Below, piece by piece: positions 10,377 through 24,050 of a stretch of DNA of 64,000 nucleotides. Below the pieces are notes generated by a model, which saw only the letters and a list, made by a program, of their open reading frames with translations, was not told the DNA's origin and searched no databases. Made by a program: the position numbers and the translations under genes. The stretch is from Dudresnaya verticillata. Its lineage: Eukaryota. Location: assembly GCA_977862235.1 (NCBI GenBank), contig OZ374558.1, positions 930,001 to 994,000 of the forward strand. The letters are read 5' to 3'. Each line of letters opens with the position of its first letter. Within the stretch, counting starts at the first letter, position 1.

Positions 10377-12668
10377 ATGGCCCAATTCAATGGCCTTCAG
10401 GTGGCTGCGCCTTCGGCGGCGCCGGTGTATCCATCACCGTTCGACTTTGTCGGGAGGACTCCCCGCGGCGATGCGCGATTATTTCCGCGGGTCCCCTGGT
10501 TCGAACAGGAGGCCCTGCGGCACGAGGATCTCATTCCCCATTACGCTGTGAGCGGATTTCTTCCGGGGGAGTTACCCTTGGCCATCGTGTGGACGAACGA
10601 GTGGCGCCATCAGTGCGCCATTCCGAGAGGCTGGCTGCGTGTCGCAGCCGGTCAGACACGGGCAGACGCGCATGCGCGGTTGGTCGTAGACGTATATCGG
10701 CGGTTTACCCTCTATCCGGGGTCGGTATTGACGCCCGCCGTCTTTGCATTTGACGCAAGGCAGTACCGCACCAATGGTGAGGTTGGGTATGGAGACCGTT
10801 TTGGGACGTTATCACTAAGCCATGTGGCTATTTCGGCTGAGCTGCGGGTGCGTCAGGAGGCTTACTTCCTTGGTGTACGCTTGAAAGCGGATTTCCCATA
10901 GCTCCATAGGACGGGATCGTTCTATTGGGAGCGCTACGTCCGTTGGGAATGCGAAACGCGCCGCCGCAAAGGCGTTTTTGTGCCGTATCAAGATACGCAG
11001 GTGGATCGCATTGAGTGGGGAAAACCCCCCCGCTGCTTCATTAATGTCCCGCCGTTGTGACGGGAGTTTGAGGTCTGCGAGGGGTTTGCGGCTGAGGTGC
11101 TTCCGTGTGTTACGTATAGTGGCTCCGACTTGCGGACGGATCCGTACTCCCGATGTTGGATCGTATTCTTCACCGGGTGGATTGTGAACGTCACTTACGC
11201 ATGGATGTGGGAGGTGTATGACACCTTCCGATTCTATTAACTGCCACCGCGCTGTCAGCCTCCTTGGTGGTCTCCACTTGGTCGAAGTACTGGGTGGCAG
11301 CAAGAATTGCCAAGCGTTTTGGGACTAGCCATCTGGCGGATAACGTCAACTGGGACGATCCGGCCGTAGTGTCGCCGAGAAACCGTCGCCGTAAGGCGAA
11401 CAGTCCGCGGTACGCGATGAGTAGAATCCATTCTGCCTGTGGCGTTTGTGTGTGGTTCAACCCGTGGACCAAACGTCTGACGACGGAGAATATTGCTGAA
11501 AGCCATCTTCGGACGGACCGCTTCACGCCGGCGAATAACCCACGGGGGCTACGCAAGAACTACGACTTCGTCGATGATTTACCGCCCCATTTAAGCGCCT
11601 TGATGGCGGAGGAGGACGCGTTACACGCTAACAGCGGACCGGTTAACTCGTCTGGGACGGCTGTCCTGACGCCTATGGCGGTTTAGTCTTCTGCGGGGGC
11701 TGTGCCCCCTTCGACCACTGCTCCAGCGGTTTTAGGATCGGCGGCTATAGCGCCTCTCGGCTGCCGTCGGTTAAAACTTTAGACCTCTCGGCGCCCGTCA
11801 ATGACGGTGATGGCGATGCCATCATCGCTACGCCAGCGGTGGATTATTACTCCGCTATTACGCCTCAACGCGGGTCGCTTAACGTCGCGGACGGTGCGCC
11901 CAGGACCTCTATAGTACCCTAGTGGACTGAGGAGCAGCGCCGTACGGTACTCACATTCTTGCCGGCCACCGGTGTCTTCACTGATGGTTCAATTGCGTTA
12001 TCCACGACGCCACTCGGGCAGTCTCTTCTGGCTGCTCTGCAGCTAGGCAGCGCTGCGAGGCCGGCAACGACCGTCGTCCCGGCGGTACCGTCTAATGATG
12101 AAGTTGCGGCGTCGAATGATGGAGAGGCGGTAAAGCCTTTTCGCCTAAGGCGGGTGGTGCGAGTTCTTCCGCAGTTGCGTCCGCTGACGTTTGCATCAAA
12201 GGTCCGTCGAAGGCAGGTGCTGTGGCGGCGTCTACGACGGTTCCGCGGGATCAAGTGGCCTCTTCATCAGTGATGGATGTTGAAAGTTCAACGCCTTTGG
12301 CGGTAAGTGGGGTCCCGTCGCCAGAGGTGCCGGCCCCATCGACTACTCCTAAGGCGGTTGAAGATGCTCCACCTCCAAAGGCGTGTGAGCTTACTGTTGC
12401 GACGCCAAAGGATGTTAATGGGTCCAACTCTACGCCTGGGGCGGATGACAAAGTGTCGTCAGCTAAGGCCGGAGGTCAGCCCGACTCGTCGCCAACGGCG
12501 GGTATCGCGACTCTGAATGCGGTAGTAGTGGCGGGTCCCTTGCGATCCGTCCCCGCGCCTGCTCCGTCCGTGACGGAAGACGACCTCTATGAAGAGGAGT
12601 TAAGGTAATCCGCCAGTGGCGTTGCGGAAGACGCCCCAGCTGAACCATCGGCGACGAAAAAGACGTAA
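10377..12668 (+). pseudogene. Antisense accessory gene of element C (unknown Trp/Tyr-rich domain plus low-complexity tail)
   Basis: ORF pieces 10359-10901, 11264-11686 and 12222-12608 are colinear with the D antisense gene (MAQFNGLQVAAPSA vs MPMFNGVQVAAPSA; VTEDDLYEE in both). Confidence 0.8.
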
Positions 12669-13879
12669 GGTCATCAGATCCTTAAGAACGGTTAGGGGAC
12701 GCGAGAGTGCATTTAGCGTTGCTTTTCCTGCCCCTCGTCAGAGTCGGTGAGCGGGAGTTTCAGACGTCATAGACGGATAGTGTAGCGTCCCGCGACGTAG
12801 GTCATGTTTAGAGTTTGTGTGCGCACGGGGACATCCCCGATTTGAAGCCCAAATAAACTTGGCCGTTGCCGAATGTAATTGGTTTTCTTTCCTTTTGTTG
12901 GAGAGCGCTGCGATAGCGGATAGCGTAGAGCCGACAGGTCGCGTAGTTGTTGTCGGTCCGATTAGTAGCGTTTGTCGTTAGTGGTCGGGGCGACGGCGCC
13001 TCGGCGGCGTTTTGTTACCGCTGCAGTAGCGTACGACCTCCTTGGTTCATCCATATCGTGTAGTACGACTTAGTCGTTTTGTTTACGGTTATGACCGCTG
13101 TTCAGGGAATAAGTGGCTAGTGTGCCGTTGGATTCCGTCTTTGACGTAGGCGGTGTAGGTTTAGCGTTGGTGACGAGTAGCTCGCTTTATGCGGCGCATC
13201 TTAATAGTGCTTTCCGTGGCTCATCGGTGCGGTTGTCACGCCCAGCGGCGGAGTCATTTCGCGATTAGCGCGTCGTGCACGAAACGAAGCTTAACCACGT
13301 CTTCGACAACTGACTTTTCTCTACTATTTGGATCGTCCTTTTGCGACTCGAGTCACGTCGCTGTCGTTCGCGAGCGTTGTCCTTGGAGCGGTTGCGCGCG
13401 CCGCCCGTAAGGGGTGGCGAGTTTCGGACTTGGTCGTGCGTGGGGTGTCTTGGCGAGGATGTGGGAGACGGTCTGCTGATTCCGTGCCTTCGTCTGTCCC
13501 GTGGGCGCTCATAGTGTCGGGGTATACACTTGTCGGGCCTTTGTTCGTTGGCAGCCGTATGGCTGGCGGCGCCTCCGCGTTATCGTTTTCACATTAATAT
13601 TTCCCATTTCGTTTGTTGCCGATTTCGTGTGGTGCGTGCGCCCTCCACGTCCTCTGACTACTGTCAACCACCCTATCCTTACGGACCCCCTCCGAGGAGG
13701 TTTACCCATTCGCGTGTCGTCAGGCCCAACTGTCCTTGACGCAGAAGATTACAGCATCCTTCATCCTAACTTGTGTGACTCCGCACCAACACATATGAGG
13801 GTGTCGCGTTCACTGTCTCCGAATCAGATCTTCGCGCCCGCTTCCAGCGTTTACCCTCATTATGGTTACCCGCGCTGCG

Positions 13880-16800
13880 CGTCGTCGATGTTTGGTGGCA
13901 GGCGTGTGTATTTCTGACGGTGATACCGCACGACGTGCGATCGCGGTAGACTGGACACTGGGTCCCAGGTATTCGCTGAAGCGGGGTATCCAAACCACTT
14001 GACGCAGTATAGTATCTCACCGTTTTCCGGGTGCGCGTGTGGCTCGACTCATTCGATGTCGTACTACTTCTCGGTTGCAGCCTTCAACTTGGGGCTTTTG
14101 ACGTTCCAACGCCTTCGGCAGTTCTCGTCGTTGCGTGATGGGCGTCTGCACCGGTTCTGCAAACCGTACTCGACGAGTTGATCGCCAAAGGCGCTGGTCC
14201 GGTGCCTCCAGCGCTTTCGTAGCGCTTCGTTGCTCAGCGCCTCTGCGTACAGACTTCTCGCTTCCAACGGCACCCTTCACGTTAGCGCGGTCCTCACCAT
14301 CGAAATTTGATGCGCTTGAAACGGGTCCAATGTTGGTAGCCGTCGGCGCCGCGGTTTTTTGTCCCATACGCGTGTGGATGCATGGACCCTACGCATCGTC
14401 GGAGACGGATTGTTATGAACGGTCGTCGGGGATGGCCGCAAAGGGCGAAAGATCTGCCAACCCACGACGTCGCGGTGTCGGATTCATACGGTCCTGCGAG
14501 TCTTTCGCTATTCGTGGCGTCCCCGTGTCTCCTGCCGGGTCTGCCCTTGTCGTGGCTGGGGTTCCTGCACCTTCGTCTGTTGACGGGGGGCAGTGGTCCC
14601 TTGTCCCTGGGGTGGTCCCGGTGGTTGCACGGTTGCAGAGGCGACTTGCCCTAGTGGTGTTGCTGCCCATACCACCCGGTCTTGAGATAAAAGTTCATGT
14701 TCTCCACGTCCCTTGTCGATGGTGACTGTCTAGTCGTTGAAGTGAGTTACTCGATATGGTCCATCAGCCACGGGCGCTAGCTTGTGCTTCCCCTCTGCGT
14801 GACCGGTGCTCCCGCCACGGGAGAAGTTCCAATGCCGTAATCGTACGTAAGGGAACCGTCCGGACCAGCTTCGAGAAGCGGTCCACGATGAAGAGTAGAA
14901 ACTTATTTCCCCGCTTGATGCGTATGCGTTCCCCGAGTATAGCGATGGTCACAAACGCGAGAAACTCCGTCGCCGCGAACAGTTTCATCTCCTTCACGTT
15001 CTTTCGCATGAATGACCGGTTCTTGGCGCAAGTTACGCAATTGCGGACGGTCGCGTAGCAGTCCACCGACATTGAAGGCCAATAATATTCGCGCCGGAGC
15101 GTATGGTACAGCTTCCGCCCTCCTGGGTGTCCTGCCCACTTGGCGTGTTGCCGGAGATGGAGCAAACGAATGCGTAACGCGGTTGGTACGAAGACTTGAG
15201 GTCGAGCCTAGACGGTTCGGACCAAAAGCCCCTGTTCGTCTGTTGCAAACGATAAGGAACTTCCGTCATCTAGACGTTTCCGAATCTCGGAACAGTGCTG
15301 GTCGTTGCTCTGAGCATGCACCAACTCTTCTTACGTCAATTGACGGAGGACTATCTCAGCAGCAGGTGGTGCGTTGGTAACCAACACCTGGTCGAACTCC
15401 TCGAACTCTCTTTCACAGAAATCGACGTCGCCTTTGGCGTTTGACATGTCGCTTTTTGCGTTTGAGAAACCGCCTTCCGGTGAGTTGCCTTCGTCCTTGA
15501 CTTAGCTTCCGTGGTAACACGGGATATCATCGTCAATCGGTTCGACGGTTTCGCCGTTCGTCTGTAGACGCAAGAGGGCATCTGCCTGAGTATTCTGGGA
15601 CCCTTTTTGTACTTCACGACAAAGTCGAATTCGGAGAGGCGAAGGCGCCATCGCATTAACTGTCCCGAAGGGTCGCTGATTTCCATCAGCCACCTCAATC
15701 ACAAATCGTCCGTATGGACGACGAAGGACTCCATCTGGAGGTACCGTCTCAACGTAGTGATGGACCAAACTACCGGAGACATTCCTTTTTGGATACCGAG
15801 TAGTTACGCTCCGGAGCGGTTAACGAACGTGACCAAAAGCCGATTGGTTTCCGTTCACCGTCGGGCTGCGTTTGAAAGAGAGCGCAGCCGACTTGGTATT
15901 CTCTCGCTTCACAATCGACGGAATAGGGGAGACCCTTCTTTGGCAAAGCCAGTATGGGTAGTGAGTGACAGATTCGAAAAGTGTGCTGAGTGCCTGGGCT
16001 TGCTCCTCTTTGAACGGTTGTAACCGGAAGTCTTGCTCCTTCCTCAACCGTTTGTTGAGGGGAGCAGCGACATGCGCGTATCGCGACACGAACCGTCTAT
16101 AAAATTTACACAATCCGAGGAAGCTCCGTAATTCCTTCTGCCCTCGCGGGTGCTTAGCTTCGCGTAACGCGGCAGTGACCGTCCGGTCTACTTCCAATCG
16201 TTCCGGACGTATCACATGACCCAAATAGTTGACGGTCGGGGTGAAGACGTCACACTTGGTTAACTTCAATGTCACCCCGGCCCGATATAGGGGCGAAAGG
16301 ATCTCATCACCGTGACGGAAGTGACTGTAGATATTGTTAGAGAAGATGATCAAATCGTCAAGGTAGACGAGACATGAGCGCCACTTGTAACCAGCAAGCA
16401 AGATATCGAGGATCCGCTGAAACGTGGCGGACGCGTTCGTAGGACCGAAAGGCATAAGCTTATAGCGGAACAATCAGGCATGGCACTTGAAAGCCGTCTT
16501 GTCGCGATCTCGCGGATTAATGGGCACCTGCCAGTAGCCACTATTTCAGTATAGGGTAGTGAAGACATTCGCTTCCCGTAGACTGTCAATACATTCGTCC
16601 ATATGTGGAAGAGGGTACATATCTCGTACCTTCACCGCGTTTCAGCGACGGTAGTCAACGCAAAAGCGGAGCATACCGTCCTTCTTGGGAGAAAAGACGA
16701 CCAGGGACGCCCATAGCGATTGTGCGGATTCGATAACCCCTGACGAAACAAGCGATCCACCTCCACTTGAGCGAGTTGCCTCTGTTTTGGGCCAGCGCGA

Positions 16801-17800
16801 TAAGGCGGAGATGATATCGGCCTTGAGCCGGGGAGCAAATCGATATAGTGCTCCGTGGTTGCGATTTTTCCTAGCGAACCGCCCCACATTAACGAGTACC
16901 TGCGTAACATCTCCTTCAGCCGGCCTTGATGTCCGGCTGAGAGATGAATCAAGTCCAAATCTTCCACTGACGGGTGCTTCACTACAGTCGCTTAGATCGA
17001 CCTACCGAACGTATCCGGCTGTGCCGTTACTCCATCATTCGTTCGAAAACGGAAATCTTGATTCGCCTCTTCCTTCGCCGCCTGCTCCTCGGTGATAACT
17101 AGGATATCACCCAGACTTATGTGACTGGGGAACACTGCTGCGGGATGTGGCAACACAGTAGCGACTACTTGCCCTTTGAGGAGCGCTTGCGGACGTGGGG
17201 AAAACTCCTGCTCGCTCGGTCGTTACCGAAATCCACTTTTGCGCCTGGGTTGGGATGATCGTTCGTTCCGCAACCCGTATCTTGGGCGACGTTCGCCCTC
17301 CGGCTGTGCCGTAATATTGTTCCGTTGGCAACGGGGGTACGTCCGGGGCCGGCGCAGCGGGAGGCGCGTTATAGGGACGCGGGCCCCTTCGTCCACCTCA
17401 ATCTCGCGACTCCGCGGATAAATCGCTTGACAAAGCGGTCGCAAAAGTGGCAACCTAGTATAACCTGCGCAGCGAGCCGTTCATAAACGATTAACTCCAA
17501 CTTGACGACCCTTCGTCCTAGACGTACGACTAAATCGATGGTACCCTGGGTTTGAATCACCTTGTTGTTAGCGTCTGATACGATCCGTGGTCGCGCTTCT
17601 AGCGGAATGTCGTCAATGCGAATGAAATTCGGACCAGCCCCCATGTCGAGGACAGTACGTTTACGTGCCAAGGTACCTACAGTTACGCCCAGGTCGGCGT
17701 ATACCTTGTAGTTCCTTTTGGCCGTTACCAACAACTGTCCCCGGGCCTGTGGGGACGGGTACCTACGCCAGGGGCGCTTCAAGGACATCTGCGACGAGTA
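13880..17800 (-). pseudogene. pol of element C (protease, RT, RNase H, internally deleted integrase, chromodomain)
   Basis: [37 protein letters not shown]...YYWPSM...CVTC; YCVKWFGYPASANTWDP. Confidence 0.92.
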
Positions 17801-17899
17801 TATCCCCTGTCGGCGTATTTGTTAACTAAGATCGGGCTCTCCTTCCGTGCCAACACCCGAGGCGGAGGCCTCTCTTCGTGGTGTGACACCCCAGTGTCA

Positions 17900-20800
17900 G
17901 GATGTCATACCCGAATTGGGTTTTCTCCTGCGGCGGTTGTTGCGGCGCTGTGTAGCGAATGATCACCGTCGGATGATGATCCGCCGCATGCGGCATAGGC
18001 CCGCCCCTTGGCGATGGTGGTCGTGCTGCAAGGCGTGCTGCTTCGCGCGCGGCGCGTTCCTTGCACCGAGTGTACGCATCAGCGGGGACGTCCGCCTTTT
18101 CGGCGTCCGTTAAGCCTTCGTAGCTGGAGATCGCCTTCATGTACTCGCTCATGCGGAGGAACCAGTCCGGTGCGATATGACCACGGGCATAGCACTGATG
18201 ACAGATCAACTGTCTGCGAACATCTGGACGGAACGGACCCCTGTCTTGCCAGCCGGGCCTTGCCTGGTGGACATGTGTGGCGTATTCCGAATACGGATCG
18301 CGTGGAGCGGGTATAACGGAACGCCCAAACAGGAGCGTGGGTTGTATTACCCTGGTGTCCTCGTCTTCGACGTAGCTGTCCGTTGGGAACGCTGAGGTTG
18401 GCACTGGCGCTTGTTCGTCAGCCAGGTACAGGTCACCATCGGCGTGTATCTTCATGTCGTCTGCACGATGAGTGGCATCGCGGAACTCAACGGAGGAATC
18501 CGCTATCATAGAGCGTTTGGCTGGCTTCGTGCCCCTCGTCTATTGACGTAGTCCTATTCGGTTATGGCCAATGGCGGGGTGCAATGCGCGAGCGGCTTGG
18601 GGCAGGGCCATTTTATCCCGTCTTACTGACGTCGAGCCGGCTCTTCCGTGTCTTGCGCGCTGCGCGTCGCCTTCGTCCTGTGCGAAGTGGACTAATCGTT
18701 GGAACGAAAACTCCGCTCTTGGCGTTTCTTCGCGGAAGCGGGCTACTAGAGACCTGATCGACGGGACCGACCCGTCGATGTACAGTGTCATCTTCTGCCA
18801 CTCTTGATAAATGTTACCGCAATGAATGCATGCCCCGACGAGTCTCATGCCGTAGGTCTTCTCGTCTTCACCTTGCTCCTGACTAGTCGATGGCAGGGCG
18901 AGGACAGCGTCTCGAATCGCCGCTGGCGTGGCGTACGTGCGGAGGAGGTAGTTGTAGTATAGACGTCTGGTCGAGCCGACGTCTGATACTCGCTGGTCCG
19001 AAGCCGCCACACAGACCCTACGATGGGTAGCTGTTGTGTTGTAGAGCGGTGTTGCTCTCGTGCACCCCACAGGTGCGGATCCACGGCGTCGATGCCGGAG
19101 CGCACACGGGGCGTACCGTATGCGGGTAGGCAGCGGTCGGATCCCAGCGTCCCTGTCGAAGGGCGACACGAAGCCGACGGAAAGGAAAAGGAAAAGCCTA
19201 GCGAGGCAAGAGGAAAAGGAGAACCGCCCGCTTGTGTAGAGGAAAGGGATCGAACCCGAAAGGCTGGGGGCAAGCTTCAGTGCGAGCTGTTGCTTTCCCG
19301 GTTTACTGAGCCGTCGATGGCAGACAGCCTTAAATACCCTAAACTATGTACACTACAGTTACTCTACAGTGGGTATGCCCTGCAGCACCAACGCGGGAGG
19401 TGTGCGTGCGCGCGCCCATACACGTGTCGACACGTCCGGGTAACGGCTACACATGGGCGCGCGCAGGGAGTAACGGGCAGCTGCGCTCTCTACAGCTCGA
19501 TGCCGGAGAGCGCCACTGGGGCGCGCCGTGTGCGGCTCGGCGCGCGGCCGCTGTTGACAGTAAGGCGAGGGACGGCCTCTAAAATCAACGAAAAATTAAG
19601 GGCACGCTGCCTAACCACGACTTGCCAGCTGGGCGTCGTCGGGTGCACCATTACAGTGCTTAGCTGTGCACCCCTGACAGCCGCTGCTGATGGGGTACTG
19701 ACAGCAGTACTACAGTAGTGTACCGCCTCCGGATACGATGATAGACCGCCACGGTGGCGTGAGGACGTCATTTCGACGGGGCGGAATTGCGTGGCTGCCG
19801 TATCCTGTAAGAAGTACGGCAGTGCGACAAACGCTTGGGCTTCGCTCATTTCTAGCGTATCTGCTTCATCCGCGAACCGCGGTAAGAACTCGAGGATCAT
19901 GACGGAGTCACTGCCGTTGAAGGCGGCGTCCTTCATTAACAACTTGAGTTGCTTGATATGATCTTCGACCTTCCCGGTCTCGCGTCCCCAGCGCTTACGT
20001 CCTACGTCTCGAAGAAGGTATGTTCGGTATGATAGCAACTGATCAAAAAGAGGGTTGGAGGGGCTTAGCTCCTTCAACCCTTTGTATCGTTTACCACGGG
20101 GCCGCATGGCACTTACGTGACCCGGGCCATCATCGTCGTCAGACGAAGAGTCGGATGACCCATCGTTACTAGACGTATCCGAGGAGGATGGGGAAGAGTC
20201 CCCCCGTCTGCGACGGTCCTTCTTCCATCCATGACCAGACTGGCGGCGGTTCTTGCCTCTTCTTTTCCGATCCTTACGTCGGCGACGGTCTTCCCCCGAA
20301 CTGTCATCGTCAGACGGCGGCCCCTGAAGCCACTTGGCGGTTTCGAGTCGCTCCAAGCGGGTCGCCAATCGCTGAAAGCGTTCGCGTGAACTCAGTTCCG
20401 ACTGGGAGTGGAACGTCAGTGCCGCTGGCTGTTGAACGTCTGCGCCATGGGTAGGGTTCGTTATCAGACCGTCGAGGTCGGAACGGAGTCCTTGAAGGGC
20501 ACCGTCTCGATCTTCTTCCAATGTCTGTAGACAGCTAAAGATGCCTCCGACATTGTCGTCTATCATTTCCGCGAATCTAGCGAGTAGTTTATCGTCTTCG
20601 AAGACGCATACTTCCCGGATCCGCTCGCGAGGTATCGTGGGATTACCAACGCGGGCGGATGCTGGGGACGCCACTGGCGGTGTACGCGCAGGGACTTGCC
20701 TATGGGGCGAATCTCCCGCGTTGCGCTGTTGCGCTATCGGCCTAGCCGGTAAACATCCGGTACTGCAGTGGGGTAAGGGGCAGAAGCGCCTCGGGTTAGG

Positions 20801-21240
20801 TGTCTCGTCTACGACGTCACGGTCCGCAGAGCGTTCTTGGTCGTCATGGAGGGGAATGGTTGGTTGGTTGTCCGGAAGTTCGGCTGTTCCTCGACGTTGT
20901 CGGCTTGGGCTCCGTCCTCGACGGGTTGCTGCTCGGCTTGGACCGTGTCAGCAGAATCCACGTACGAGTGGTAGGTACCGAGGGCCGATTCGTTGGGAAC
21001 GGAGGTACGGATAACAACGAGTATCGGCGGGGGAGGTATTTCTCCCCTGTTTAGAGATGCGTGAGAGCGGTCGTGACCCGGGTCGGTCGGAAATGCCGAT
21101 GCGATCTCCGGGCTCATGAGGCGCCTCTGACCTCGTTGTCATCCGCTGTAGTGACCGTTCCGACGCGGGGACACTCTCAGGCGTCGATGGCGTTCTTCTT
21201 GAACTTGGGCCTCGCGACGGCGGCGATTATGAGGCCATGA
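17900..21240 (-). pseudogene. gag of element C, interrupted by the 18953-19714 insertion
   Basis: FNGSDSVMILEFL, SYPEAVHY|YLLRTY, degenerate zinc knuckle CHQCYARGHIAPDW; colinear with D gag. Confidence 0.85.
18953..19714 (-). mobile_element. Family-A-related solo-LTR-like element inserted in gag of C
   Basis: TGTAGTA...TACTACA; perfect TSD GTAGT (18948-18952, 19715-19719); similar to the 1338-8393 pieces. Confidence 0.85.
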
Positions 21241-21345
21241 TGCAGTCGTAGAGTTGCTTGAACGTCGTGGGCGATTAGCGGCGAACATCTGATGACGGTA
21301 TATCGGACGTCACACGACAGAGTCACTCGCTGAAACCTCGCACAC

Positions 21346-21363
21346 TTCTAGGTCGGGAGACTA
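21346..21363 (-). promoter_or_regulatory. Primer-binding site of C (tRNA-Tyr-like)
   Basis: TAGTCTCCCGACCTAGAA, one mismatch to the D/E PBS, 2 nt from the 5' LTR. Confidence 0.8.
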
Positions 21364-21365
21364 GT

Positions 21366-22285
21366 TGCGGTGCAAAGAGTCTGTGGACGATCTACACCTC
21401 CGGACCGTTCGGCGTCCGGTGGGTAGCCGCTCGTAGCGGGGTAGGTATGGTAGAGCAAATGGGACTCGCCGAGGGCGGACTGTAAACGTCCTAGGCCGTA
21501 AAGGGAAAAACAAAGGAACAAAAGGAAAAATGCAAAAGGAAACACGTCTCGGACGCAGTGCGGACGCGGAAGCGCGGTAGGTCAGATGCTTGAGCCTCAG
21601 GGCTGGCGGGTAGGTACGCGTAGCGGGAGAAGGGTAGTCTGGACCAAGGCCGGCTTGCCGGTAGTTTACCTTCACGTCTGGGACGGATCACCTAAGTATA
21701 GAACAACTACCTAGCGGCGGCGGTGCGGACTCGTCGCACGGGAACTCGGGACACGTTTTGTCCCGGGGCGCGTCTGACAAGTTCCGTCCGTCATGCAGCC
21801 ACGCGTCTGACAGAGTCACGCGTAGCTCGCCACGTGAGTGCTTACGCGTAAACGCGGATGTACCTCCTTACAGCCCCACGCGTCCTGTACAGCGTGCGAT
21901 CTTGATTCATACCAATCCCGATCTGATCCGGATTCGTGCCAGCCATGCGGATGCACCAAGCTTACAGGCACGCGCCTTACACTTCTTGCTCCCGAAGTCT
22001 GATCTCGATGCGGGATCCTGATTCAATCCGGATTCGGGCCACGCTTACAGCGGATGTTCCCGCCACTGTGCCACGCGCGCACGCGTGGCGCTGTGCAGTG
22101 CTGCGGCGTCGGGCCCGCGGTCTGTAGGCCAATGAGCCGTTCTGCCCCGGGTGGCCAGCGGCATGCGTCGGTGACGTGTTTGCGCTGTGTGTGGGTTGAG
22201 CGCGCCGTTGGCGGTTGCCCGTCGGTCGACGCGTAGTTATCAACCCGCTCAGAGCGAAAAAGAGGGACCCACCCCTGGCACTACA
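21366..22285 (-). repeat. 5' LTR of element C
   Basis: Direct repeat of 9081-9999; TG...CA ends; adjacent PBS. Confidence 0.92.
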
Positions 22286-22290
22286 CTTCA

Positions 22291-24050
22291 AAGTGGCATG
22301 CGGAGTATGTTCCTTCGAGAGGATAGCAATACAGGATATTACTCAGTCCTTCAAGAACACTGACATTACTTTTTGATTCCCAGTTTCCGCTGAAGATTAC
22401 TAGAGCAAAAGGTAACCACAATAACAGCTGCCATGAAGGAGTCCAAGAAACGTGACAACGCCGGAGCAGCTTCAAGGATACCCACTGTAAAACGTCGTTG
22501 TGCTGCCTGCGGCGCACGGGGCCAGGTGTTTTATTTCCTCGCCGTGGGCGTGTGGCAGCTGTACCGACCGACGGACGGTCGCCTGAAACGGCTCATTCGC
22601 CGTTGGCGCGAACATGTCATCGACTACTGGCCTACCGACGCGCGGACGCCATACCCCGCGTCACGCGAGTCCGGCGTACTGTTCGGTACAACGCTGTGGA
22701 GCGGATCTGGATGATGGATCGGGATCAACGAGGTGTAAGGCGCTTGTCTGTCAACTTGGCCCGAATCCCGATTGAATCCGGACCCGACATCCGGATCGGA
22801 TATCAGGATCCGCTGTAGTAGAGGTGCGCCTGTAGTACTGTCGTCAATCGGAATCCGAATCCGGATGGCCTACAGTACCACGCAAGCGTGCTTCTGTAAG
22901 ACACGCACGACGGCGTACAGCGAGTGCACCGCCCCGGGACGTGTCAGACGCACCTCCACGCGACACGCGTCCCGGGTTCCCGCGCACCATGTCATGCAGC
23001 CGCCGCGCCGCGGCCCCGTAGCATTACTCAGGTACCTCGTCTAGGCCGAAACAGTAAAGCCCCGGTAAGCTGGTTTGGGTCTAGACTTTCCTTCCCGCGT
23101 CAACGCGCACCCTACCGCTGCCCGGAAGCATAAACGTCTACCTACCCGCGCTTCCACGTTCACACCGTTACCAACGTGCTTTCCTTTCGGTATTCTTTCC
23201 CCTTTCCTTCCCGCTTTGGGTGTCTACAGTCCGCCCCCAGCGTGTCCCTGCTTTACCATTACCCATCGTAGGACGTGCTGCCCGCCGAGTCGAACTACTC
23301 GGATGTTTCTACCGTCGGAGACGTTTTGCACGACACTGCATACGACACTCTCGTCGAAGCTGGGAGCATACTATGCTCTTCGGTCAACGGCGGGCAATCT
23401 CGTGCTTTGCAAAAGCTGGTATAATCCAGACTGCTACAGAAACAGTCAATAGTATACTGTCTACCAGAGCAGTCAGCAGCAGAAAACTGAGAACTCCTAA
23501 GAATAATAATGAGGGCGAAGTGCCCTCCCAGAAAGGTGTATAATTTCATTTCGAAGCACTCTCCGAATGCGCTACCATAGTCGAGATGTTCGAGCGTCGG
23601 AAGGCTAACGACATACAGAAGAAGCAGCAGGACCTTGCTCGGAAGGCGCTAAGCGAGCGCTGGCGAGCTGGCAGGCTTTCAAGGGAAGTGGAAGAAACAC
23701 GGCGCAAAGTTGAACGTGACGCATAGACAAGGGCCTTGGAACAGTAGCCTCAAAACGCGTCAGCGTTCGGAGCAGCAGAGAAATGAATGCGATATCTGCA
23801 ACCATTTAGGGCTAAAAGGCCGAATATAAATGCTAAAGAAGAGAGGAAGGCCAGGAAACATAGGTTAGCGACCGCAAACGATTTGCCGCATCGCATGAAG
23901 AGCTGAAGCGCGCGGACAGAATGAAACGTGTGGGCCATAGTGAAATGCGTACGATTGCTAGAGCTGCATCGGCTTACATCTGTTTTACATACTGGGTTAC
24001 ATCTGTTTTAGAGCGGTCTATGGAGCGCGGGCCTGGAAGGCCGAGGTAGA
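22291..24050 (+). pseudogene. pogo-type transposase C-terminal remnant, interrupted by the 22508-23335 solo LTR
   Basis: Resumes after TSD CTTCA with ...IQDITQSFKNTDI, then a basic tail (AKEERKARKHR); heavily decayed, right boundary approximate. Confidence 0.5.
22508..23335 (+). mobile_element. Solo LTR related to the C/D LTRs
   Basis: TGCGGCGCA...TGCACGACA; flanks CTGCC/CTGCA (4/5); shares CGCCGTTGGCGCG, GGTGTAAGGCGC and ATCCGGATCGGA blocks with 28486-29353. Confidence 0.75.

Larger units (their letters stand above)
9081..22285 (-). mobile_element. Ty3/Gypsy chromodomain LTR retrotransposon 'C', full-length, degenerate
   Basis: Two ~920-bp LTRs, perfect TSD CTTCA (9076-9080, 22286-22290), PBS, purine tract next to the 3' LTR, order gag-PR-RT-RH-IN-chromo. 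Confidence 0.95.
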
